From: the human T2T-CHM13v2.0 reference genome, Homo sapiens
Direction: 5' to 3' (one strand)
DNA length: 64,000 nucleotides
NCBI RefSeq assembly: GCF_009914755.1
Contig: NC_060937.1
The position numbers were made by a program, and so were the translations under genes. Shown in pieces: positions 1-14,889 of the stretch (position 1 is its first letter; each line of letters opens with the position of its first letter). Under the pieces are notes generated by a model. That model had not been told where the DNA came from. It did not search any database and saw nothing but the letters and a program-made list of their open reading frames with translations.

Positions 1-169
1 CCTGAAGTGCTTTTTAGAGACATTTGCCCAGTTCCCTTCAGTTCCCTTCCGCACTCACTAAATGTAGGGGTGGGATGGGGTGGTAAAATCTCAGAATATT
101 TAAAAAATATATATCATAGACAGTTCTTGATGCACAATCAGGTTTGGAAACCACTGATTTAAATATATT

Positions 170-600
170 TATTTTCCAAATAGCTACCTGATTGTTCCAG
201 CGCCATTCATTGAGCAAGCTTTTTCCTTATTACTGGTTTGGGATTCCTCCTTTACCATGTGTGTTAAACTCCAGAGTATGCTGGGGGTTGTTCTGTGGCT
301 CATTGGTTCTATTAGCAGTCTTGTGCCAGCGTCACAGACTTAGTGATTCAAACTTTATGACATATTTTAATGTTTATTAATGCTAGACCTCCCTCTTCCT
401 TATTCTTATTTTTTAAAACGTATCTCATCTTTCTCCTCAAAAAATTTAGGATATTTTTCATTTAAACATGTTATTCAGAACAAGGTTGGTTGTATGTGAT
501 CATCTTTTCCATGTCATTTCCACTGCTTTGTTGTTAAGATAATTTCTTCTGTGTGTAAACTTGTGTTGTTACATAATTATTTTCTTTGAGTTTGTGAGAA
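170..600 (-). mobile_element. Old L1M ORF2 fragment
   Basis: Degenerate match to antisense L1 ORF2 (e.g. attgttccagcgccattcattga, tcttgtgccagc). Confidence 0.45.
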
Positions 601-869
601 ATACGTAATTTCCTTGATTTTCTAACTGGCTCTTATTGGTGCATAGGAAAGTTCCTGATTTTCTTTCAGTAGAGTTTTTAAAGCGCACTCTGCCTTTTGG
701 CTCTGCTGAGATTCTTTCAGTTCCTGGATTGTGTCTCTTGTCCTTGCACTGACTGTGCCATTCTTCCTTTTATTTGGAATGTTCTTCATCACTGCCCACA
801 CTCCCACCTGTACCTAATGATTTCTTAAGCTTTAGATTTCTGCTGAATCATCCCTTCCCCAGGATGTTC

Positions 870-1634
870 CTTCAGACTTTTCACTAGGTCATGACCTCCT
901 GCTGTGTACTTCATCACAATCTACATCTTCTGTTACAGTGCTCTGTTTCAGTGCAATCACTCTTCCCTGCTGGATTGTAAACGTCTTCAGGTCCAGGAAG
1001 GTTTTTTGTTTTGTTTAAGTCTTTAAACCATCTGAGTTAATTTTTGTCTATGGTGTAAGGAAGGGATCCAGTTTCAATCTTTTGCATATGGCTAGCCAGT
1101 TATCCCAGCACCGTTTATTGAATAGGGAGTCCTTTCCAGACTGGATAAAGGTGGTACATATACACCATGGGATACTATGCAGTCATAAAAAAGAATGAGA
1201 CCATGACCTTCGCAGGAACATGGGTGGAGCTGGAGTTATTAGCCTTAGCAAACTAATGTAGGAACAGAAAACCAAATACCACATGTTCTCATTTATAAGG
1301 AGGAGCTAAAGGATGAGAACACATGGACACATAGAGGGGAACAACAGACACTGGGGCTTACTGGAGGGTGGAGAGTGAGAGGAAGGACAGGATCAGAAAA
1401 TACAACTAATGGGTACTAGGCTTAACACCTAGGTGATTAAATAATATGTATAAGAAACCCCCATGACTCAAGTTTACCTATATATCAAACCTGCCCATGT
1501 AATCCTGAACTTTAAAATAAAAGTTAAATTAAAAACAAGATTTTTGTTTTTGTTTTTGCTGTTGTCTCCTTAATCAGGAGAGCAGACCGCACACAATGGG
1601 TATTTAATAAATTGCTTAAATGAATGCATGAATG
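870..1634 (+). mobile_element. L2 3' end split by the L1 insertion at 1017-1536
   Basis: ctggattgtaaacgtcttcagg before the L1, and an L2-type tail (tatttaataaattgcttaaatgaatgcatgaatg) after it. Confidence 0.55.
1017..1536 (+). mobile_element. 5'-truncated, 5'-inverted L1PA/PB element (antisense 1017-1137, sense 1138-1536)
   Basis: Antisense ORF2 piece (gtctttaaaccatctgagttaatttttg...aatagggagtcctttcc) is fused to a sense 3' end (agactggataaag...aataaaagttaaa). TSD-like aaggttttttgttttgttt (998-1016) / aagatttttgtttttgttt (1537-1555). Confidence 0.85.
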
Positions 1635-2028
1635 CTTGCTTCAGCAACATAACTTTGGCAATGTGGAGATTGTGGTGGAATAGGAGAGAAGATGTAGAGA
1701 AGCCAAATGAAATCTGTTCCAACTTTTCAGGCAGAGGAGGATAAGCATATGAGCTAAGGTAGACTTACTCAGGATAGAGGGTAAGGGTTAGCTTTCAGAG
1801 TGAAGAGGTGTGATTGGCATCAATTAGGTGCTGACTGGATGCTGGCGAGAGAGAGAGAACCAGGTGAATGGGATACCTCTGGAGGAGCTGGCCTTGGGAA
1901 GAAAGGTGAGGGAAAGGTGGGGACATTTGCTTTCCTCCCTGTACACTGTGAAGGTAAGGCATGAGGGAGAATGCCCCTCAGAAACTGTTGTTTGCCTCAA
2001 AATCCAACAAAGCTCTTTTTAGGTTTGA

Positions 2029-2418
<390 letters not shown>

Positions 2419-3015
2419 CTTGGTAGAGTTTTGAAGACAGTTGTTATGATGTTAAGTCATTGCACTGAGTCACTAGGCCATCCTTTGGCTTTACAGGACA
2501 TAAAATATGGGAGTTTCATCACCAGACAGTGGGCGGTACTGGGTTTCCTACTGGGTGGACAGTCCTGCTAGTGGGAGAGTTCTGTCCTTAGTCTGTGCCC
2601 TTGGACTGTAGATATAGACATAGAAGGTCATCTCCCTTTATTTCGCCTTTCTGCCTTCATTGTCACTGGGGAGACAGTCCCCCCAAGTCTTCCTGTGTGT
2701 GACGCTGTGCAGGTGGCACATAGAAATGCCCATCAGTGATACTTATTTTGATGCTGCTGTGATCCTGAGAATTTTCCCACTTATAGGTGCTCTCTTTGGG
2801 ATATCTGTTGGCATTCAACTGTTTTCAACAGAAGTCTCCAAAATTGGTACTCATCCAGGGTTATGTTAACTGCCCAGTGTACCGAAGGGTGATGTGGACA
2901 GGTGGAAAAAGACTGGGTTAATCTCTTAGTGAGACTAAGTGTTTTTTTACAAGTGGTTGGTTGTCTGAGGGTTAGAAGACTTAGAAGAGTTTTACATTCT
3001 ACATTGAGGAAGTAG

Positions 3016-3431
<416 letters not shown>

Positions 3432-3934
3432 TAGGAAATAGTGAAGTTCTGCAGTTGTTGAAACAAGATGCTCCCTCAACTGTGCTGTTCCCCACAGTAG
3501 AGAGGTAAGACACTCCAGAGGAGTTGATGGTCGAGCAGCTATCTGATGCCTCTAACTGGGAATGGTCTCACAGATTCCTTACTGACCTTAAGCATCAGTA
3601 GTTTGCTTCCCAAGCTTGTGGCCCCAAACTAAATCTCTTTAAAAAAAAAAAAAAGCAAAAAACCCGAAAGTACATGATTAGATCTTGCAATACAATTATT
3701 GACAATGTATTTTCTGTAGTTTAAATGAATCACTTATAAAACTTTAGTGAATGGGATACGTACCTTATGTGGTTTTAGAAATATTCGTGTGCAAATGGGC
3801 AGAATGAATTGGAGTTCAGGTCACTTTGCCAACTTGTGAGATGTCACTAGATTTCAATGTATGTAAATAAACAAGCTCGTCTTTCCAAATACAACTGCAC
3901 TTGTTATTTCCAAGAGTCTTTCAACAAATGGGAT

Positions 3935-4142
3935 AGGAATTCACAGGCAGGGTCCCAGTGCCTGGTTGAATCTGACTCCCCCTGTGTAACCTTGGACCCA
4001 TCGCTGAAACCCTATGCCTTCGTGTCCTTTTTGTAAAATATGGACACCATCAGTACTCAGGAACACCATGAGGACCAAATAGGTTTACACACGTAAATGC
4101 ATGGAGAACAGTAGCTGACAGTGCTCAAGTGCTCACATTAGC
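3935..4142 (+). mobile_element. MIR
   Basis: Degenerate MIR core (tgtgtaaccttggac...ctatgccttcgtgtcctttttgtaaaat). Confidence 0.6.
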
Positions 4143-4165
4143 AAAATGAAGTGATTCCCTAGTGA

Positions 4166-4507
<342 letters not shown>

Positions 4508-4568
4508 TAAAAGTCCCAATGGATTCAGATCATTGAGATTTGTAACCTATTATTAACATACATTTTCT

Positions 4569-4667
4569 GGCTGGGCATGGGAGGCAGAGGTTGCAGTGAG
4601 CTGAGATCGTGCCACTGCACTCCAGCCTGAGCAACAGAGTGAGACTCTGTCTCAAAAAAAAAAAAAA
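4569..4667 (+). mobile_element. Internally deleted Alu (5' 12 nt joined to the end of the right arm plus poly-A)
   Basis: ggctgggcatgg directly followed by gaggcagaggttgcagtgag...ctcaaaa. TSD aacatacattttct / aagatatattttct. Confidence 0.88.
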
Positions 4668-4683
4668 AAGATATATTTTCTTC

Positions 4684-4990
4684 AGCTGGGTGTGGTGGCT
4701 CACACCTGTAATTCCAGCATTTTGGGAGTCCGAGGTGGGTGGATCACTTGAGGCCAGGAGTTCAAAACTAGCCTGGGTAACATGGTGAAACCCTGTCTCT
4801 ACTAAAATTACAAAAATTAGCTGGGCATGGTGGTGCATGCCTGTAATCCTAGCTACTCCAGAGGCTGAGGAAGGACAATCGCTTGAACCCAGGAGATGAA
4901 GGTTGCTGTGAGCCAAGATTGCACCACTGCACTCTAGCCTGGGTGACAGATCGAGACTCTGTCTCAAAAAAAAAAAAAAAAAAAAAAAAA
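4684..4990 (+). mobile_element. Full-length Alu (J/S type)
   Basis: Dimeric Alu with long poly-A. TSD agatatattttcttc / agatagttttcttc. Confidence 0.95.
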
Positions 4991-5294
4991 AGACAGATAG
5001 TTTTCTTCATTAATTCGGGATATATATTGTCCAGGGGAGTTGGGGAAAAGCCTAGACTTAAGACCTAACACACTGACTTTATAACTCCAGAAAGCCACAT
5101 GAAATGAGTTTGGTGTTCAGGTCAGGAAACCAAAGTGCAAAATAAGAGGAGGAGCTGTCTGTATCCTCTTATGCCTTGTCTGGAGGTGTGTAGGAGGCTG
5201 AGAATGGTTTAGTGAGCACATTGCTATACATCAGTGATCTCTTCCCTCCTGTCTCAGATACTGACTCTGTGCCCCGGGGTCCCTCTCCGTGAAG

Positions 5295-5548
5295 CAGGAG
5301 TTACACGCTCAGATGCCTGGAGGGGTGAGACAGCAACATAAATGTCTTTCATGGGCCAGATGGGGACTGTCACCAGCAGCAGAGCATGTTCAGCCACTAC
5401 TCATTGCCAAGCAGTTGTTTCCTGTAGGAATTCAGGCCCAGTGTTCCAGAACTCCTGATTTTTCAAGAAGAGACAGAAATCTGTACTGCATAGCCCAAAT
5501 AAATCTTGGATTAGATGCTGGCTGCAACCACACTAGTTTGCAATTTTT
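5295..5548 (+). mobile_element. MER102-like hAT-Charlie DNA transposon fossil
   Basis: caggagttacacgctcagatgcctggagggg start, internal ggcccagtgttccagaactcctgatttttcaagaagagacagaaatc, and ctagtttgcaa end. Confidence 0.6.
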
Positions 5549-6142
5549 GTAATGGGAAGAAAATATTTATGATCTATGTAACACACAAATGTTGGTGTTA
5601 AACAGATACTTTTACTCTAGAATCTTTGGGTAAAATGAAGTCTGATGACCTTGTTAAAACATATTATGTAATGCTTGACTTTGGTCATTCAGGAAATACC
5701 TACTGTGTGCGTTAACATGTAATTTAGTACATATTTTCTCTTTAAAATGAGCAGTTGCTACAAATGAAACCTGGCCCAGAAGTAGCAGATTGTCATTCTG
5801 CAAAATATTTGGGAGACCTGTCTTTTGCCTTTTAGGTTTTGTTAGTTTGATGGAGGTAACGTTACTTTTGGTTCTTCCATTGTATTTAATTGACAGTATC
5901 ATCTTCTAAAGAATTTCAGTTTTACAGATTGGAGTAGTGAACTCAGGGAAGCATTAAAAACTAGTAGAAAGATTTGAGTAGATTGGGCAACTTGGCACCA
6001 AGGCCACTGGTAGGGACGTGCACACTCTTTTCTTAATAACTTAGAGGTGATGAACTCCTGATTGATTGCCTCAGCTAACAGATATTTGGCTGTCACTAAA
6101 AATTATCTAAGTTGTATTACTTGAAAACTTAGAATTTAAAAG

Positions 6143-6855
<713 letters not shown>

Positions 6856-8174
6856 CCTAGGTAAGATTTGATGATATTATTACACCATTATTTACTTGTT
6901 GGCATTTGTGAAATATTAAAGGTAGCAGGGCCTATCATAGGAGGAAAGGAAGGTTGATGGTAAAAATGGAATGATCTATTTCAGCAAAAGCTGCCTAAGA
7001 AATCGTCTCCCTCAGAAGGTTATGTATGTGCAAGCTCTTCACTCCCTGGAAGAGCCAGTGAGTCACTCCAGGCAGTCTTGCAAACGGTCGTTTGATTCGA
7101 GTTACAGATAGTAGGAGGTGACCCTTTGAAATCTATTTAGAAAAAGTTCTTTCTAAAAGCTATCGATTGTGCTGATTATGATCATAGCAGGTTTCAACCT
7201 GCTGTCCAAGTCTGGAACTTCAGGCAAGTTAAGATCAACAAGCACTCTGCGATCGAGTTTCATTTAATTAGAGTTTGCTGCCAAGTCAGGTTTTGAGGCC
7301 AACTGCATGCCAGGCGCCTTTCAATGGTTGTCTGTCTGAGCTGGGGGAACGTTGGAGGATGCTCTGCCCTTTCTCCAGTATTAACCTTAGACCAAATCCC
7401 AGGGGCTTGCCCTGAGATAAGCTATCTCTACACCACTGGAAAGAGAATGCTTTGCTGCAAATGCATGAAGGCAGAGCAAAGATGTAAGGCAAATAAGTGG
7501 GAAATCCAGTTCGGTAGGCTTTTCCCAAAAGCGAGAGAAAAGCGTTCGTAGTCCTTTATCAGGATGGTGGGGGAAAAAGAAAAAGTAAGCTGACTTTTAT
7601 TTTTTCAAGTCACTTTCCTAAGAAACTTGTAAGGACCTCTCTAAGGCACTGCTATCTGTCTTTGTAGGGCAAGCGTGAAGCTTTCCCTTGCCAGCTTTGT
7701 GATGTCATTGAATTAATAATACTGTAAAGGCTAGATCAGAAGTCAATTTGGCAGCTGTGCCTTTAGGGAAATTTTTGGGAGAGTGACCTTCCATTTCTAA
7801 TAAGCATGTTATTACATTTAGAATTAAATTACTAAGAGCCAAGCTACCCTCTTGAATTTGCTATTAGCCATTTTTTCCCTTTTATTTTTAATGAACTAGA
7901 ACAAGTTGAAGCCAGTTGTTTCTATTAGTAATAGTACACAGTAAGAAAGGAACAAAAAATCTTTTACTATCAGGCCCTTTATGTTGGACAAGTTTAGCTC
8001 TTCTAAATATCAGAATTTGTGAAAGACTTCCACAAAGTCTATTTCTTTTTTCTTAATTTGGGTAGAGTGGGAGAAGCCAGTGGGTTCCTTTCACCAATTT
8101 TATATTTGAATGCCTCCTCATGTGTGAGTTTTCTTCCTTAAAGTGAGAAAGATCATCTTCATTTCAACGTTTGT

Positions 8175-8620
8175 GTGATTCTGAAATTCATGTGGAATAT
8201 AAATGGGCCCCAAAGTCCAATGGTATATTCTGTAACAATGCACCTACAGAGTATTTAACCCATCAACCACTAGAGCCCAATTTAAAACACCAGTCCTTAA
8301 GGCAGGGTGGTACCCGGGCTGATGTAAATGAATAGACACCCAGAGGGCAGTTGAGAAATAGCTAGCAAGCAAGTTGGATCAATTTTAATATCAAATCACA
8401 CTCTCAAATAAGACAGAAGAACTTTTTACGAATGATGTTGGCAGAGAGAGATGGCAGTTTGGAGCCAAAATTTAAATCCCACACTGTAAACCTAAAACAA
8501 ACATAAAAGGGTGCTCCAGGTTAACTAAAGATGACAAATTATTGAATTGTGGAAAACATAGAAGGAAAAAAAAAAGAGAGTATGTTCAGATATGAAGCAA
8601 TAAACCAAGTCACAAAGCTG
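8175..8620 (+). mobile_element. Highly decayed L1M ORF2 fragment
   Basis: gattctgaaattcatgtggaa...cagtccttaaggcagggtggtac resembles old L1 ORF2. Confidence 0.35.
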
Positions 8621-8733
8621 GAAATATTCCCTCATTAAACAATACCTCTTTAAGAGCAGGGGCTGTCACAACAACTTGGTAATATTCCACACATTTGCTA
8701 AGGTAAATTCAACAATACTATACGTGGAAATGC

Positions 8734-8935
8734 TGCTACTGGGGATCCCGGTTACCCCAAAAGGGACTCTTTCCTGTTTGGCTTCATGAAGACAATACAT
8801 AAAACCAAAAGTGAGTGCCAAGCAGTGCAGACTTTATTCGATGGTCATGGAATGGAGAAGTGGGAGCGTAGCTTGCATATCAACAACTCAGCTCTTGAGA
8901 ACTGGGAAGTTACAGATATAGGGGATTCTTCATTT
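8734..8935 (-). mobile_element. ERVL-type LTR fragment (MER70-like)
   Basis: aaccaaaagtgagtgccaagcagtgcagactttattcgatggtcatggaatggagaag; reverse-strand AATAAA in an LTR-like context. Confidence 0.4.
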
Positions 8936-9884
8936 TAATAAGCCTGTAATGATGGCCCATTTGTGTCTGTGTTCACACGTGCGTCTCTGAGAGACAGAGA
9001 CAGAGTTCACTACATGTGGGTATGGTATTTAGATTCCTCTATTGGAATGCAGGTTCCTTGAAGCTCAAGGATATTGTGATGCACAGGTGCTCTGACCCAG
9101 GAACACAGCCTGGCCTGCCTATCAGATACGGACCACAGGAACCATCTGTTCTACTACTCTTCCACACCCAAAAAACCTGCCACTGCCGAGGCTACCCCTA
9201 CCAAGTCTAGGTGTGTACATTAGCTTAAAATAATTCATGGTATTATTAAAGGTCAAAATTATTTCTCTCTTTGTACCTTTATTGATTCCGCTGATATTCA
9301 TCCATTTGCTTATTGACTGGTGTTTTCATTGTGGTAGAGCCACACAATTTTTGTTTTTGATTGTCATTACTTATATAGATTTTTGAGAGGAACCTAAGAT
9401 TGTTTTTTTCTTTCTTGCTCATTAACTTGTAATATCTCAAATATATACTTAATAAAGTAAAAATTGACTTAAGTAAAGGGTGAGAAAAAGATTATGAACT
9501 TAAGAAGGATTAAAACCAATTTGCATAGCTCTGGAGAGACTGTCTTTCCTTGTATTACTTGGGGAAAGCAAAAATTAAAAGAGATGAGATCTATTATCTG
9601 AATCATGGATAGTGTGACCTACCCAGAGTACCTACTTTTTAACCTTCCAGTGGGTGTTGAAATCTGATTCAGCACATTCTTGGAGAGTGATGAGTAAATT
9701 TGTTGTTATATAAAGATTTTTCAAAAATAAGCATCGGATTCAAACATGAGTAGAAAGGATGAGATGTTAATTTAAGTGATTATGGGAAGCTGTGATTTAT
9801 ACACATGAAATCATTCATTTAGAGATGGGTAGTAAGAACAATGAGGATCTTAGGGACTGAGTATCTGTTTCCTAGGACACTAGA

Positions 9885-10150
9885 GACAGCATTAGGTAGT
9901 GATTAACTTAAGAATTCTGAAGTGTGATTGCCTAGATTTGAATCCTGGTTCTAGTCCTTTCTAGCTCTCTGACCAGGAGCAAATTACCTAAGCTGTCTCT
10001 GCCTGGACCTTCCCATCTGTAAAATGGTGTTAATAATAACATCTACCTCATAGCATTATTGTGAGGATAAAAGTGAGTTAATATATGCAGATTTCTAGAA
10101 GAGTACATAGGATATTGTAAGCGCTGTTATACACATTTACTCTCATTACT
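9885..10150 (+). mobile_element. MIR (near full length)
   Basis: tttgaatcctggttct...ctctgcctggaccttcccatctgtaaaatgg...acctcatagcattattgtgaggat. Confidence 0.85.
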
Positions 10151-10999
10151 TGCCATGATGAGTGTGCAGAGGTTAACCAGGAGACAAAGGAAGCTCACAC
10201 CCCAGTTGTTTTGTGGGCTACATTCTTGGCGATGTTTTATCGTTGCCCCTGATAATTTCCCCATTTTTAAGAAAAAAGAATTCATAGGCTTAGCATGTGG
10301 TTGATTTAAGCCTAACTTTTGACTGATTCTATATGGGATTCTGACTCTCTGATTAACTTTGATGTTCTAACTTTACCTAGCGAATATTTTTTTTCTTTAT
10401 TTTATTGAACAGGGAAGAGGTCTTTTGATTTTTGGATTATTTGGTATAATATTATATTCTTGAAATCATCCTGTGACTGTCAAAAAGCTGACTGTAAATG
10501 AACAGTGAGCCACTGCAGACAGAAACAATTATTCAGGGAAACATAAATTCATAATCACTGGGCCTAAAATGAATTAGTGAGTAATCCAATCTGGGGGTGA
10601 GAAATGAGCCCTTGGCAACATTGTTTTTAGGCTACAGATGGTCCTTGAAACACTATTAGCCGGTGGATCTGAGCACCTGAAAGGTTTAAGGAAGCCTGGG
10701 TCTGTGCTGAAGGTGTCTTTGGGTAAACTGTCATATTTGCATGCAGCATCCTTTTAGAATATCAATGAGATCTTTATATGCATGTGTTATGTCATTTCCA
10801 AGCACCCTGTCAGTAAATGGATGGGTGGCATCAGCCCGAATGCAAAGGAAAGGGGTTCATCTGGAACTGAAATAGCAGAAAGGGAGCAGGAGATGGATAT
10901 TTGATGGCTGCCCTTCCCTGTGCATTGTGTGAATACCACTAGGTGATCATCTCAGGGCACCTGCACAGGCATCTGAAATGCAGTGTAGAGGCTCTGCTT

Positions 11000-11112
11000 G
11001 GCAGATTTGAGGACATTAAGGCTCAGATAAGATAACTATCTTGGCCCAGATCACATACGTGGGACATGGCAGAGCCAGGATTCAAATTCAATTTTGAATA
11101 ATTCCAAAGCCA
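11000..11112 (-). mobile_element. MIR fragment
   Basis: aaggctcagataag...ggcagagccaggattcaaa. Confidence 0.65.
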
Positions 11113-11817
11113 ATGCAGCACCTGAATGCGTAGGTTTAATAAAATTCAGCCTAATCCTTCTGAAAGTTAATTCAATGCAGGAGTGACTTTAGCATCAATA
11201 TTAATTTAATTTTCTTTCTTATAAGTTATTTCAAGTTTGCTGTTTCCCTACAGTTTGAATTGAACTTTTTCTTCGATTGCTGGGCAAATCTCATTTATGA
11301 GTTTGCAGATGGGAGAGGTATTCTTTAAGTCAGCTTTGCAATTAAAATGAACTAGAGTACAAATGTCTCAATTTAACCTTGACACCTGATGTAATATTCA
11401 CACGGCCTCATCATCCATCATCTTTTGTGTGCCACTGAGGTGCATTGGGCCACTGGCTTTTATCCCATGATTGTAGAGTTGCATCCGACATTATCTGTTT
11501 CAAGGATCGCAGACCAGCTACTTTTTCTGAACTAGAATTCTCTTTGTTCTAGACCTGTTGTTTGGGTGATATATAGAGATGAAGCAATCTTCGACCTGAT
11601 TACTGTCTGGCTATAGAACTTTATTGTATCCCATAGTATACAGGACTGCTTTGAGTTTTGCCTCTATTCTAGCCATTTGCTGAGAAGAAAGACATTTGTG
11701 GAGGTCTCCTCAATAGGAATTTTTATTAACCATAAGTGATTTAAAACCATTGTCAAACCTGTAACTTTTAAGAGTTACTGTGACAGAATGAGGGGAAAAT
11801 ATTCTGAAGTTTAATTA

Positions 11818-12102
<285 letters not shown>

Positions 12103-12279
12103 TTAGAAGATGAATAATGGCTGTGGTAATTTACTTTCTTGTAAGTAAAGGTCTTTACCTACTTTACAAGAAAGATCTTTACTTACAATAAAATAAGTTA
12201 CCTGTAAATGGCCTTAAATATTGATTAGGTTGTAAGAGAGAATATGAAATTAGATAAAATGTAGCAATATTTGATGTCA

Positions 12280-12797
12280 TCATTTCCTTCCTCACCCACG
12301 CCTCTTCTGGAGTGGGCAGTTGGTCACATGATCTTGCCCCTCTTCAGCGATTGCACTGTGGCTGTTACTGTCAGGAGATGCCCGTTTGTAGGTCTGCTGG
12401 TAGAAGTCTGAGATAGACTGGCTCAGAGACAAGCTGTACCAGTAAGAACGCCCTAAGAAACTGTTCAAGCCAGAGAGAGCAGTTGCCAGCGGGCAGTGGT
12501 TACTGGAGCTGGAATGCCAGATGAAGTCTGATGGGTTTGGCTCTGATGGGTCTTGTGCATCCAAAACCAGGTAGCCAGAAGGAGCCAGTTGATCAAGCAG
12601 ATATAGAAAGATCCCCAGAGAGAAGCAGAGGTATCATCCAAGAGATGTGAAAGATTTTTCCACATCCCAATTGCTACCTGGATTCCTGAGACTTGGTTTT
12701 CATTTTCTTCTGTGAATCTAGTGACCATATACCTTTTTCCTTGCGGTAACATGGGACATAACTGATTTTCTTGAATGCGAGAGAGCTTTAACTAAAA
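12280..12797 (+). mobile_element. Old ERVL/MaLR LTR remnant (LTR16/LTR33/MLT1-like)
   Basis: ggtcacatgatc early and a gagagctttaactaa terminus typical of these LTRs; very diverged. Confidence 0.3.
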
Positions 12798-13221
12798 GAA
12801 GATTGACATTTAAGACAAAATGAAATATTGCAAATAGTCAAGAAGATCTACACTTGGGTCCAGAATGTTATAGAATTAAGAAAATAACTTTCTGTGGCAT
12901 CAGAGATTGAAAAAAAAAAAGCCGTCGAGACCAGGAGCAGTGTGGCTGTGAATCCTTCCAGAGCCCAGATGTACAAGGCAGCAGAAGCAACAAAGGCTGT
13001 GGCCAGCAACGAAGGCAGAGTCCCCGGTAGGCGGAGGTCCCCGTGCACAGTGTGGTGCAGCAGTGAACCCAAGATTTTCCTTCACAGGGCAGGGGAACTA
13101 TTTCCTAATAAGCATTGGCATTCAGGTTAGTAACCAGTTGATAGGATTATATCAACCTGTCTCTAAGTCAAAACAGATTATTCAACTTTTTTGAGTGGTA
13201 TTTTAGAATACATAGGTCAAA

Positions 13222-13355
13222 GGTGGGCATGGTGGCACACACCTGTAGTCCCAGCTACTTGGGAGGCTGAGGAGGGAGGCGTGCCTGAGCTCAGGAGTTC
13301 AAGTCAGCCTGGGTAACATAGGGAGATCCTGTCTCTAAAAATAAATATTAAAAAA
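13222..13355 (+). mobile_element. FLAM (free left Alu monomer)
   Basis: Monomer ggtgggcatggtggcacacacctgtagtcccagc...gtctctaaaaataaa. Confidence 0.85.
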
Positions 13356-13613
13356 GAACATGTAGATCAGAATTTGGATGACTTTTTTTTCCTCAGGTGC
13401 AGAGATGGTAGGGGCATACTTTCAATCCCTGGTACATGACTTTCTTTCTGGTCTGCTTAGCAATATGTGTGAAATGTGGCCAAGGATATGGGACTTGTTG
13501 TGCCTGTGCCATATAAGAGCCTCATCCAAATAAGTCTGTACCTCTGTCTTAAATTCCAGAAACCATGGATGCATGTAACAAGCATATTGAATAGGTTCTG
13601 TAACCCAGAGCTT

Positions 13614-13761
13614 ATTTGTTTTTATTATTATTATTATTTTAGAGGTGGGGGTCTTACTATGTTGCTCAGGCTGGACTTGAACTCCTGGGCTCAAGGAATC
13701 CTCCCGCCTCAGCCTCCTGGGTAGCTAGCTGGGACTACAGATGCACACCACCACTCCTGTC
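13614..13761 (-). mobile_element. FLAM (free left Alu monomer)
   Basis: Antisense monomer with (TTA)n tail. TSD cagagctt (13606-13613 / 13763-13770). Confidence 0.85.
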
Positions 13762-13773
13762 TCAGAGCTTGAT

Positions 13774-13873
13774 TTTTAAGCCTTATATATACTTATAATA
13801 AAATATGTTCATAATATATTTTATAAAATGAATATATAAATATATATTTATAAAATATATATAAGGCTTAAAA
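13774..13873. repeat. AT-rich inverted repeat: perfect 18-bp arms with a 64-bp AT-rich spacer
   Basis: TTTTAAGCCTTATATATA (13774-13791) and TATATATAAGGCTTAAAA (13856-13873). Confidence 0.9.
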
Positions 13874-14095
13874 TTTTAACGTTAAGAATGCTGTTTCTCT
13901 TTTTTAGTTTCTACTGGCCAATGGAAAGAACATCAAGGGATTGCAGGCCAAATTTATAAAATGTTTACCCAGGGCAATGCTAGTTTACTTTCATGTATTC
14001 AAGTATTGTCATTGTATAATTTAGGTATTTATACTCCCCGGGAAGGTGTTTCTTGGAACATTTTAATTATTGAATCTTAAGAATATTAGTTTTTA

Positions 14096-14456
<361 letters not shown>

Positions 14457-14889
14457 TAGTTTTTAAATGAATGATTCCAAGCTAAGTTTTGCTATTGGAA
14501 ATATAGGAGTTAATTATGACAATTATCATTTGATGTTGTGGGGGCTAAATGTGGGTATTTTTGGTGTTTTTCCTTTTTTTTGTTACATATGTTAAACTCT
14601 GAGTCTTTTGACAACACCAAAAGGCATTATGACAACTGTATATACATTTAACTTTGCTTTCAGGGAGACTAGTTCAAGGTAGTAAAACCTCAAAATGGAT
14701 TTGCAACTGAATTAAGGTTTTCTGAGTAGAGATAAGGCTGAGGTAGCCAAAACTACTTCTGCTATCTCTTTAGAAAAAGTACTTTTATTCAGTCTGTTCT
14801 TAAAAGAAATAAGTGTGGTTGTTTTCTTTTTTACCATAAGCAGAATGAAAACAAAATTAGAAGTCATTACTTTTTTTTGCCCCAGCTTA

